DNA of 64,000 nucleotides from Balanoglossus misakiensis (lineage: Eukaryota > Animalia > Hemichordata): contig CM082583.2 of assembly GCA_040954595.2 (NCBI GenBank), positions 2,861,060 to 2,925,059 of the forward strand. Reading direction: 5' to 3'. The notes beneath the pieces were generated by a model. That model had not been told where the DNA came from and did not search any database. It saw only the letters and a program-made list of their open reading frames with translations. Positions 1 through 12,400 of the stretch are shown here, one piece after another. The stretch's first letter is position 1. The number at the start of each line of letters is the position of its first letter. Position numbers and translations under genes: made by a program.

Positions 1-427
1 ATTGTCAGCAGACTATAATGAGATTTAAAATCCCCTCTCTCTTGAGAAATTATTATTTTGGATGCATTCATTTGTAGTGAGCTAAACCATGCAGTGGGCA
101 CCAAAGAGGTTGCACAACCTGTTTCTATATCATGTACCAAAGATGTCAAAGCTCAAGCTCTGGGCCATGGAGAGTGCCCTCATGTGACCTGGCCAGGGGT
201 TAAAGGTAATTGGTCACCTATGCAAATTTAGCAACTGTTACCATGGCAAATTGAGATCTAGCCAATCATAGATTTTCAGTGGGTGGCACACGCAAAAAAA
301 AGACCCCCACAATTGACGTTGTTGTGCAGTAACTTGTCACAGTTGGTTAACATCAGACAATTCACAGGAAAGAAAAGATAGGAGACTCGTGGACGTTGAA
401 CTACAGACCATAAAGGGAGTCATTTAC

Positions 428-3400
428 CTGTGAAACTGGACGCCTCCTTTGATTAGGTGTTATGGAAAGTGGACTTGGTGGTGTTGGTGGATGACGACGT
501 CTCTGTGACTGGGGACTGTGTTGTTGTGGAGGTGAAGGTGAGCTGGTGGTTGACTGCTGTGGTGCCACACCTAAATGGTGAGATGTATTGGCTGTGTTGG
601 CGAGATTACTAGAAGTCTGATCTTCAGCATCCAATGGAGTAGACAACGGTGACGGAAAGTGGAGATTGGTAAGATCCGGCAGTGAACCAGTGTTATTGGA
701 GATTGGAATATGAACACCTGTATCTTGATCTGATGGGTATATACTGTAGTGTACACATAAAATAAGGGGAGTTACTGGAGATTTACATAATACAGTAGAA
801 CGTCGATTATCCGCATTGTTCGGCTATCCGAACTCACTCTGTGTCCCCCGAAAAGTCTACCTGTACTAGGCGTATACCTTGCTTAATCATTGTTTGATAT
901 TCACGGCCCTCGCTGTCAAAGGAAGGCATCATACAGCACTTTCCTCTTTAAAAAAGTTATTTCTTTAAACAACATTACCGCTCATTAGCCTTTTGTTTGA
1001 ATGCTTAAAGTGATAATGATTTTTATTATACATCTAGTGCCGAGAACAATAGATTTTGGCGTGCAATAAAAAGCCGTACGGAACGGTACGTACGGAACGC
1101 ATGTTAAATAAGTCTTAAGTTTCAAGGCGCCCCAACTCACCGTGTACAGGTATGCGTTGTTATGCGGACGGTTTCAAGACACCCCCACTCCAACGCACGT
1201 GAACAAAAAAGAAAGATGGCTGCTCACTGAGTCAACTACATGTAAGCGGTTTTCGATCGATTGTATCGGCAATTGGGGCGTTTTGAAAGCCAAGTAACAT
1301 GCAACACAAGAACTAACGGAGATGTAAGATGTATAATAATAAGGTTATTACGAAAATACCGCAAAGTATGCACTCGGACATTAGCGCAGCACATCGCCCT
1401 CCGCTACGCGTCGGGCGATACTCGGCGCTTATGTCCTCGTGCATACTTTGCGGTATTTTCGTAATAACCTCATAGTATCCTCAGGTATGAATCATTTGGA
1501 TACAATCGCAAGAGGTGTGAAAATAAACAGCTCGACAATGGCACGGTTCGTCAGCCGCAAAGCTTTGCCAGCCTTGCTAAAAGGTTGCGACCGATGGTTG
1601 GTTTCTTCTTTAAACGTTCGCGGCATTTTGTCAAAATTTGAAAGTGATAACTGGTTCGGTAGAAATGTTTAAAAACCCTTGGGTTTTGGGAAATATTACC
1701 ATTTGTAATGCCAGTAGTGATCTGCCGGGAAACATCGAACCGACCGACATTGCTCTGCTTCCGCCATTACTGTCTATGCCATCATGGCTATGTCATGAAG
1801 CGAGCGTCACGTGCTCGACCTCACATCGTCATTCTTTTATTTTTTTTCAACTTTCTCATAATTTTACTTAATACAGTATTTAAAATCATCCAAATTTACT
1901 TAGAAATAAAAATAGAAAGGAAAACGATGTGTCTTGTCTACTATGGTACGGGTTTATGCATGCGTGAGATGTGACCCCGCCCCCTTAAGTTTGCGTATCC
2001 GAACCGATCGCATAACAGAACCAAAAGCCTGTCCCCCTAGCTGTTCGGATAATTGACGTTCTACTGTAATGAAGACTGATAGGTAAACACTGTAAATAAA
2101 CAAAGAACTAAACACTGTAAACAGGTAATGAAATGAGGATTAATCCTCAAATCTGAAATGTTTTGGGACCACTTAAACCGTTCACATGCAAGTATTTGAC
2201 CTGAGACGTTTCAGAAACGCCTTAATGGTCTCTATGTGAACCCTGTATGAAACAAGTCATCATCAATGCCCAGTTGCACAATGATCACTTTCTTAAATGA
2301 TGCTGAAATCGTTGATGATCTGCGAACGGACGAACCTTCCTCCTATTCTTTAAGTCCCCCCACCTTCAAGGCGGGAACTAATAAGAAACACATGCATGCA
2401 AAATAAACATCACAATATTATGCTCGCCCATCACAACAAGGACTTTCATGTGAACAGAAAAAAAAAATGATTGTGTACTTACTTAATACCAGGTACTTCA
2501 CATGACTTGGGTCTTGGATGTGATTGTTGCTGTGGATAAAATAGTCTTAGAAGGTCAGTGACTTGTCCACCTTCAATTAATTGTATTTTGCGACGTTAGA
2601 CACGGACTTTCCATAAATAGTTGTTGTGACATCCTTCTCACCAAACGATGCCAGAACAATTAATTCCTGTATTTGTGTTTATTCATGTCTTTGTTCTACT
2701 TGTGATCACTGTTTGCTGCTTTCTCTCTCAAGTTACGCATGAACTGCATAAAACTGACAAACATAGCATTCTGATCAATTTTATTTAAGACTTTTGTGGA
2801 CACATGTACCACACATTTGGTTGATAACTTCTCTTGTTATATTTTCTCATCACTGGATTGTAAACATCTACATGTACTGCATTAAAGGGACAAACGCTCT
2901 CTCTCGCTACCCTTTTTCCATTAATTATGTTTGATGCAAGACACTGTTTATGTTAATGTTCATGTGAATACATAGTGAATCAACATTCAACCGCACACAA
3001 CTTCCATCCCACTTGTAGACATGAGGGTGAAAAAAACTCGCCAAAATGAATAATCGTTCTCTACCATTTATTCATTTTGGGCGAGTTTCTACTCTCATAT
3101 CATACAAGCCGGGTGGAAGTTGTGTGTGGTTGTGTCTCATTCACAACATATACACATGTACATTAACATAAACGGTGTCTTGTATCAAACAAAATTAATG
3201 GATAAAGGGCAGCGAGAGAGAGACTTTGTCCCTTTAATGAATATGCGGCTTGTAAACAAAGTTACAATACAGCACCAACACCACCATCACCACCACTGTT
3301 GGTATTACACAATATAGATAAAAACAACTCAATTTTACAAACTATTTGTTTGTAAAAATTTTCTTGTATATTTTATTTTCATATAATCTAACACAAAACG

Positions 3401-6400
3401 AAAATGTGTCAGATTTTAAATACTAGCCTAAATATAAGAAACACCAAGTCAATGACAGAGATGTGTTGTATCTCAATGACATTGAGTAATACCAACATCA
3501 AGTGTTCTTCAAGGCCATCAGAGGATACATTTGTAAAGATATTAATGGAATATCCTTGTAACATTTCGACTTGATTGAAACTGAATGCATTGAAGAGCAC
3601 TTTTGAAAAAGACAACTACAAATTACTGTACTAGCACAAGAAGACAACATTACACGCACCAGCAAGTGTACCTTTTTGGGATCCCATAAAGCTTTCGGAA
3701 TATTTCTATCACCACCTCCAACATTACCATCAAAAACGTCTGCTGTCAGAAAGAATTCAATGGTTAAAATTTGGCGAACAATTAACAAGGCATTAAAATG
3801 AAAAACAGTTATGAACAGTGAATGTGCTCCCAACTTTAAAAAAACTACAACAAAAGGAAATATGTAAATTAGAAATAATACACAATAGCTACTGTTGTGA
3901 GAACATTACCAACCTGTATTACATCATTTTGGGACAGATTTGTTAGTCATTCATACAGTGCATGTTTATCCAATATGGTGCTGTAATTTTAGGGTTATGC
4001 GAATTGAATTTCTTCATTCTTGTCAATAAACTGCAATATGTCTCATACAACAGTGATAGGACCAGATTTGGCATTGATATTATTCCAGATTTTGCAACTT
4101 TCTTGTCATTTTAAATGCATGATGCATTTTCTTCCCTGACGCAGAAACGTTTTCATGAGTTCACACTCAGCATATCAGAAGTCTTTTCTTACACTTCACT
4201 CAGAACTTTCAGTTTCACTTGTCCATGTCATCAACCCGACAAATGTCACACAGTCTATAACCATTGATTCATTGTCAAACACCAATCAATGAAACCCTTT
4301 CCTCAGTCCCCTAGTGTCTGGTTGGCACAAGATTTCCTTACCTCGTCTGTGTCCAGGCTGCATACCAGTTCCTATACTACCAGACCCATGGAATGATTCT
4401 GTATTTGTTGGATTCATAGCACTGGTATGTAATGCTGAATCTGAATTTGTCCTGTCAAAGTCAATCAAACCAAGAAATGAGAGTTAACTCATGATGCTTT
4501 ACTGCAAAGAACAACTGAACCTCAATTATCTGATTCAAGAAATACACAGCAACCAGCCAGAGAAGAAAGCTAGAGTGATGTGGTACATGTACATAATCAG
4601 TGTTTTTGTTGTGAACATTTTGCTGTCTGCTGTAGGGATGCACAGTAAATGCTCTCAATTGTAAGAGTGATTGGCAACATGAAATTAATTAAAGAACATT
4701 GAGCCATGATGGAACTTCCTGTTATAAACAGCATAATGTTGGGGGATATGCATGGTATAAAGAAGAACACCCTTCATGAGCGAAAAATAATGATTGCTAT
4801 AGTCCTCTCCAAAGATACATTGGACAAATTAGACAGGTGTCGACATGTTAATGAAATAATTAGCAAATTCATTCCACATTTAAGTACAACAGAAGGTTCA
4901 GCATGTTTTGTATGTCAAGCCATTCATACTAACTTCTTCTTTAAACATAGAACTTGACCTTATTGTTCAAAAGTTCAATGATCTCACCAGCTCATTTTTT
5001 TAAATAGATAACCCAATAAAATGCCACAGCTACATTCTGTACATGTATGTGTAATTAGCTTTATTGCATAAAATCAACATGTCTAATATGCAAAGAGTTG
5101 CACTAAACCTTCCATCTTTGTTGCTATTTATTTCAACCTCTATCTGGGTCACATGAGACATAAACTTGTTAGCCTAAATGTTTCAAACAAACGCAATATT
5201 CTTGGTGGGCTACCAATCACAGCCCCGGTACTTTCCAGCGGTCAGCTGCAGGTAGCTGGAAACTGGAGTGAGTGTGTAGAATGCGTAGTCCCTCTCAGAA
5301 ATCAACAAGTCACTTGTTGATGGGTGACAATAGACAATCAAACAGCCAATGCATAATAAGCTAGGCTTAGAAAGGTGTTAGTGAATGAAACAAACATTAC
5401 CGGGTTTACGCCTTTATCATCAGTAGGACACTCTCCCAAGATGACACGAAAGCGAGGCCAGTAAGCCATTGTGTATCATCGCTATAGTTGGGGAGGGTAA
5501 TTTTTAAATGTACAACAAACCAGACAAGTTCGAGCAGTACTCCATGGCTTTCTGGCCTTGTTTTCACATCATCTTCTTGGAGATAACGCCATTTTTTGGA
5601 AGGGCACCCTCTTTATGAAAGGCATATTGTCTCTACTATCTTGAGACTCATTATTCTCTGTGCATTTGCCTGTTTAGCTGGATTTTCCACTGAAATATTG
5701 CCAAGGTACACCTTTAAACTCACTGACAGCAACCTCTGATTGAAGCATTTACATACGTGTGTATTTCTCAGGCAGAAGTGACTACTTTATCTAATATAAT
5801 CTTTTCTTCTAACTGATCCATCTCAACATACTGACACATACATGTACAATGTGGGATATCATTATTAGTGCAGATAGGTAAGGTTAATGACCCTACAATA
5901 TTGAAGACTAGACAGAATCATCAAATGGTTAATCTACTTTCAGTTATTTAAATTGAGCAATGCTGGGACACTAAAATAATGTGGTTATACTATGAAGAGA
6001 AAAGAAATAACAAACATGTGACAATACTACTGTCAAGCACTGAAACTGAAGATGTAAAAACATTTTAGCGTTATAACAATGGAACTGTGTGACCCTGCCA
6101 TCAGCAATAACTGTAGTTTCTTATTCAAGTAATTGAAGCATGATGAAATAACAGTACCGTAGTTTGCCGGGTAAGAGCCCCGGGTGCTGGGCCAACAGAT
6201 TAGCGAAAAAACAGGGGGGGGCTTTAGCCCGGATATGGCCTCGAGATTTATGCAAATGAGGGATGGCCACCTCGACTTTTATGCAAATTTTTGAGTGGTT
6301 CATTCTCCGAGTCCAAGTCGGGATCTTCCAATGTTGGGTGTTTCGCGTCGAGGACGGACTGAAGCAGCTCCACGCGGCCGCTTTGGAAAGCTCCCCGGTG

Positions 6401-9400
6401 ACCTCACACGCGGCAGCGCGTCCATCTACGTGATCGTTGAATTCGAGGCACGGTCCCGAGGGACCTGTCTGAGGTCATGTTTTCTAGAGCGGCTATATAT
6501 AACTCAGCGTGGCCAGTCGGCCGCGGTGGGTACGATAATCAGCGCGAAAGTAAATCATCCTACATTTTTTTTTCTCACTTTTAGTGACTTTGGGGATGAA
6601 AATCCGCCTTTTTTGCATTGCACTTTATTAAATTTCCAAGAATTTAATGGATATTCGGCCGGGGGGGGGGGGGGGGGGGGGGCTTTAGACCGGATATGGC
6701 CTCGATCTACAAATGGGCCCTAAAACCAGGGGGGGGCGTTTGTCCGAGCAGGGGCTCTTACCCGGCAAACTACGGTAGCTACAAAGTCATGTTATCGGGG
6801 TTCTCCTTGGTATATCAATTGTGAAGTCACATAGGTAGGGCCCTTTGGAGATATTATGACAGAAACTTCATGACTTTCACTTTGGCACACGATCTGTGCC
6901 ATACAGAAGTTATTTTCACACGTGGGGATGCAACATGTATTCTGCGACAGTAGAGACGGCCAATCAATGGATTAAATTATGCAAACTTTGTTATGCAAAG
7001 TACATGTAGGGTCATGTCGGGTCAGTTCATCAGTGGTTTACATGTAGCAACTTCTTTCAATCAGCCCTGGACAAGTGGCTTAAGAGATTTGTTGACAAAA
7101 ACAGGTGAGCTAAAAACTGTTAGATACAATATAGCCCAGTCTAACAGCCCCCCCCCCCCCCCCATCTGCATGAACTAATTTACACCTGCTTTTGAAGTCA
7201 AACCTATACCATACTTCCATTCCATGGAAAATGCACACTGACTATTGATACCATTGGCAGACAGTATCTATCATCATCATGCTACAGAAACACATCCAAT
7301 GATAAAAATTCAAGTAGACGTTACAAACCAGGTGCTTAGCACCCTCAATCTGGCTAAAAAAATCAAGTCAGAACCACCACTTGGTGGCGCCCAAACCTAC
7401 TTGTACACTTGTATGCAAGAGAAAGGTGTCAACATGATGATTTCAGTACAAAAATAATTGAGGTTCAATTGTAAACATTATATCCTTGAAAATATGTAAC
7501 AAACAGAGACACACAAGTGAGAGAGACAGAGAGAACATTTGAGATTAGTGTAATGAAACTGAAATGGAGAAATACAAGCATGAGTATGTTATGGCAGTTT
7601 TATTGCAATTACCATTGTGCATATGCAGTATTCTAAGCTTAGCATCACTTGGGCCAGCTGGCTCAATGTGTCTACAATTACCGGTACCCTACACACCACC
7701 TTTACTGTGTGTTGCCTACCTTATTGCAAGTAACTTGGGGACACTCTCATGGGAATTGTGTAACCACAAACTACAGATAAGAAAACAGTTGTCTTTTCTT
7801 TAATGCTCAGTTTAACTATTATTTTACTAATATGAATAGTTGACTAACCACTTATTATTTCATTTTCACAATGGTTTATCAATGTGTAGACTCAGTGAGA
7901 GCAACAATGGTTTTTCATTCACTGTTTATCACTGTATTATTTTGTCACAAAGAAAACCACACAGAAAACATGTAAAGTAAAAAAGTAAAGAACATAGAAA
8001 ATATGACACACATATTAACAACACATACAGTATACTGAAATTAAGTACACAAAGCTGGCATTTAATAAACTTAAATTCATTCATTCGGAGATGATTCCCT
8101 AACTGGCTTGTTTTTAAAAAATACAAGGCTGTGATTTTAGTCAAAAACGAAAAAAGTGCTATCATCATAATTGTTTCATCATTGGTTTGTTTATGGGTGA
8201 ACACATTCAACACAGTTTACTAAACAATGAGCAAGGTGGCCATACAACTTTATTCGACCACTATAATTTGATTTGGCTGAGCTATGTGTAAAACTTCTTA
8301 AGTTCTTGTAAATGACAATAGCAGAACAGGTTTTTGGCAATTCTCAATGTATCCCATGAGAAGAGAAATTCCACGCTTTCATAATGCTTGCAAATCCTTA
8401 ATTAAGCAATAAAGGACTGACTGAAAATATCATTAAATTAAATAACATCTGGCAAATATAACACAAATAATCCTCAAGTCCTCTCTAAATATCACTCATT
8501 GCTATACTTGAGCTTATTTTATCTTTTTGCTACAAAAGTGGTCAGATTTGTCATACTGGGGTTAGAAAAACCCAATGGTACATTAATGTATTTGTATGTG
8601 TAATTTTAAGATGTAGAAAATAACCGGTAGTGTTTTAAAAATCGGGGAAAGATTGATGCCCAAGAAAACAATATTCAATGTTTGTCTTGAATCTGTAGTT
8701 TCTGACTATGAGAATCTCAAATTCAGAATATAACATCATTCATCCAATGTTGAAACTGCAGATAGACACCCATATGCAAGGAACAGGGATGAACAATTAC
8801 ATATATATGTAGACAAAGTAGTAAAAGGATACTTACCTTCGCCAATTTGTATCCGGTGGTGGTGACAGGTAGTGTCCATAAGGTGATGCATCTACCTGAG
8901 CCAAGTTAAGGGTCACTTTCACTACATTTGTACAAACTCATCATGATACATTATTCAATAAATTATACCAAGTACAGTCTTTCATCTAAACAGGGGGGAT
9001 GGGGGGTTGGACATATTGGCACCCCCTAGCAATTTGTTAAGGGGGGACCAGTGCCCCTTAAAATGACGTCACTCACATGTTTGAGATGTTACATTCCCCC
9101 TTGCCAGAGTGGAATCCCCCCAAATATTCTGGTAAAGGGGGACATATCCCCCCTGTTGATACCATCCTGGATGAAACACTGCAAGTACTGTCAAAATTAT
9201 AACCCATTTGATCCAAATAAATGAAATACTTGAACTTGCAAATCTGCTGGATTTATATTGGAAGCATCATTAATTGGCAAAATGATGAACACCTATTGCC
9301 TGGCCATGAGGGCCCTAGCAGCCGTTTATTACCCCTGAGGGGCTGGGAGTTACCAGAATCACATGCTATTTCCGGAGGCCGTATGATTCAGTCACGAGGG

Positions 9401-12400
9401 GGTAAAAACGGCTGCCATGGCCCGAATATAGGCCAGGCCATAGGTGTTTTATAATAAACCTCACTCACGTTGGTCACGTGACTGGTTTAAATTTTTTCTG
9501 CTATTTCCCTAGGGATTCAAAGTCGATTCTATTTTCCTATTACATGACGGATTCTGGGGAATCACGACACAGTATTAGCATGAGGTATATTATAATTATT
9601 ATCCCCTGTGAATACTAACAATTCTGAAAAGTACATGTATCACATGTATCAGTTTTTACATATATTATCACCTTTGCTCACAAACACATTTTAATCTTTT
9701 GTCAAAAAAATTATCCCAGTCAATAATTCTGATTGTCCTGGATTCAATAAAAAAGACACATTTCTCTCTGTCACATAAGGGCATCATGCACAGAATGGTA
9801 CTTTTGGTATAAAGTTTGCCAGACTTCCGAAAATGTTTAATGCAAACACATAATCAGAAAGTACCTGTACAAACTCAACACTATCAATATTTTCTTTGTT
9901 CTAACAGGTGGTTTTACATTTTCATCAGAAACCAGTCCATTTTTTCATACCTCCAACACATTTAATGCGGTTGGTCTTCTCTCACAAGATTCGGTTTTAT
10001 AACCTTGTCTTCTAACTTGGTATTGAGTACATTATAAATAATTTGATAGCTATTATAAATACTCAAGACGTTCTGCTTGATTTAGAATTGCCAAAAACTT
10101 TGTATGTTTACTCCCCTGCTTTCAATAACACTTTTTATATTATAGCTTTATCAGTACAAGTGAATTTTGTGATTTCATAGCTGTACATTATTACTGATAA
10201 TGTAAAGTGATATAGCGTGGACACGCAACACGCCCAAGAACCAGCTTGACGTGTACATAACAGAAGCTGCAACTTTAGGGATATGTTTCAAACTGTACTA
10301 CCATTAGTCCATGCAGATGAAGGCAGTGAACTATACACAAGCATTATAAACCCTAAATATGAGTGTATGTTTTAACCAGATAAATAATAAAGCTTTGCCA
10401 CAAAGGAATATGGCCGCCACCGTGGGAAAATGCAAGAAACAATTAAAATGTTGCATTTCCGGTTATGAAACTTCATAAACAAAACATGATCTCATCCACT
10501 TGAGCTCATGGAAGTAAATGTACACAGCTGAGACATTATATTTTCCTTTTTCATTGCAATATTGCACTTTTTTTAAAATTGCAGGAATTTTCGTTTTTCT
10601 TTAATTTTTGGCCATTTTGTCATAAATAAGTGTTGAGCTTGATATATTATCACGAAATATAATTTAATAGACATAATTAAAAGCCTATATGAGATTATTT
10701 AAAACCAGTTGCAGCTCATGTACCTTTAAGGGCTAAAAAAGAAATGCAAACTTACACAGAATAAAAACAGCGATATTTATTAATTTCCAAACCTGATCTC
10801 GACTACTCCACTAGCGATTTGTTTATTTTTTTCTTCCTACCGTGGCAGTACATGTTGTCTTCTCTTGAACAGCGCATTCGCATCGTACATTATGTCGCAC
10901 AATGTGTGCTTTCGTCCATTATGGGTCTTCGGGGCGTACATTCATAGGTTCAGCGGTTTTACAGATCTGGCAGGTCGAAAAAATGTGGCGAAAAAAAAAA
11001 AAAAAAACTCCAGCAAAAACAATAGGGGCCCAAGCCCATAAAAATTACTACAAAACAGTGGTTCCATTAACAAAAAATCTTATGTATGTTACGCATTTGT
11101 ATCATTTGTTATGCCTAAAAAATAAACTGTGTGTCGAGTGTACTTTTTTCAACCACAAGGAATGTACTTCATAATCGTAACGTTACTTACAGTGTAAATG
11201 GCTACACGCGAACTAAAATGGTATGTATAACTTATACGCGACCCAAATGAGTGGCAGAAGTTTGAAACATTTTACTCTTTCTTGGTTGCGTGGTTGCTAT
11301 TACAGTGACAGGCATCAACATCGACAACAAATAAAACTATGTCTCTCCATTGTCTTTTTTTAAAGGTTCTTTTAGCGAATGCAAATCATTGTTATCAAGA
11401 GCTTCACTTACATGTACTAGTAATTCACAGAGACGATTCATTCGCTTGTCATCATCATGAGCCGTAACCGCGATCAACAACAGTTGGAAAATTGTCACCC
11501 TTGGGTTGGAGGAGGAAGCTAGTTCAAATTTGTGGCCACAACCAAGCTCTTGAAGGCTGTGTTAGCAGTAATGGATCAATTAAACGAAGTTGTCGTGAAT
11601 GATCTAATGATGATCACAATGGAAGGCCCTGTGGTTGCCGACTTTGACTTTCAGGAGGCCATGTTGTTATTTCGGAACAGTGTAATCGTCGGAAGTAGAC
11701 TTTGCATGAATCGATACTGATCGTACATGACTCACCTGAACTGTACATAGTCTAAACATAGACAGTAGAGAGACAGTCCCATTGTCACATTGGATGTGCA
11801 CATGTGTCTACATGTATACCTAATCCAAGTGACAGGCATCAAATGCCTTATCCTATCACAACAAAGAACATATGACTGCATATCAATGTGGTTCCTTAAG
11901 TTTCTTTGACTGCGTTTCACTGTACATAGTACTGTTTGACCAAGGCCGTAATTTTACGTCCATGGTTTGATGATGCAGAGTTTGATGTTGTTGTGGTATT
12001 TTTTCACCTGTGAACTTAGTCGATTAAACACAGCCTGTTCGACTCTAAATATTGCATAGTAAAAAGGTGTTTTGTTGGAATGTTGGTGATGACATGAGTG
12101 AAGTTTATTCTGATGCTTGAATATGCAAATTTCACAACCCTATTGTTTATGCAATCTTGTCACATTTTATGCGAAAAAAATATTGAATGCGTATAAAATA
12201 CGTAAGATAAAAACAATCTAACAGAACCACTGCTACAAAATCAATAGGAGCCCCACCCCTTTCGGGGGCTTGGGCCCTAATGACAATTTCAACAGGGTCA
12301 TCTTGAACCACTGCTGAGTGGTGGTACCAGGTGTCTAGAATGGGAATCAGGTATAAAGCATACCCTGCTAGCATGCTACAGGTATTAAGAACAGCCCCGT

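Noticed and set aside
6295-6723. 142-aa ORF inside a TIR element as a transposase
   Set aside because: It has no DDE or HTH features and runs through a poly-G tract. The element is non-autonomous.
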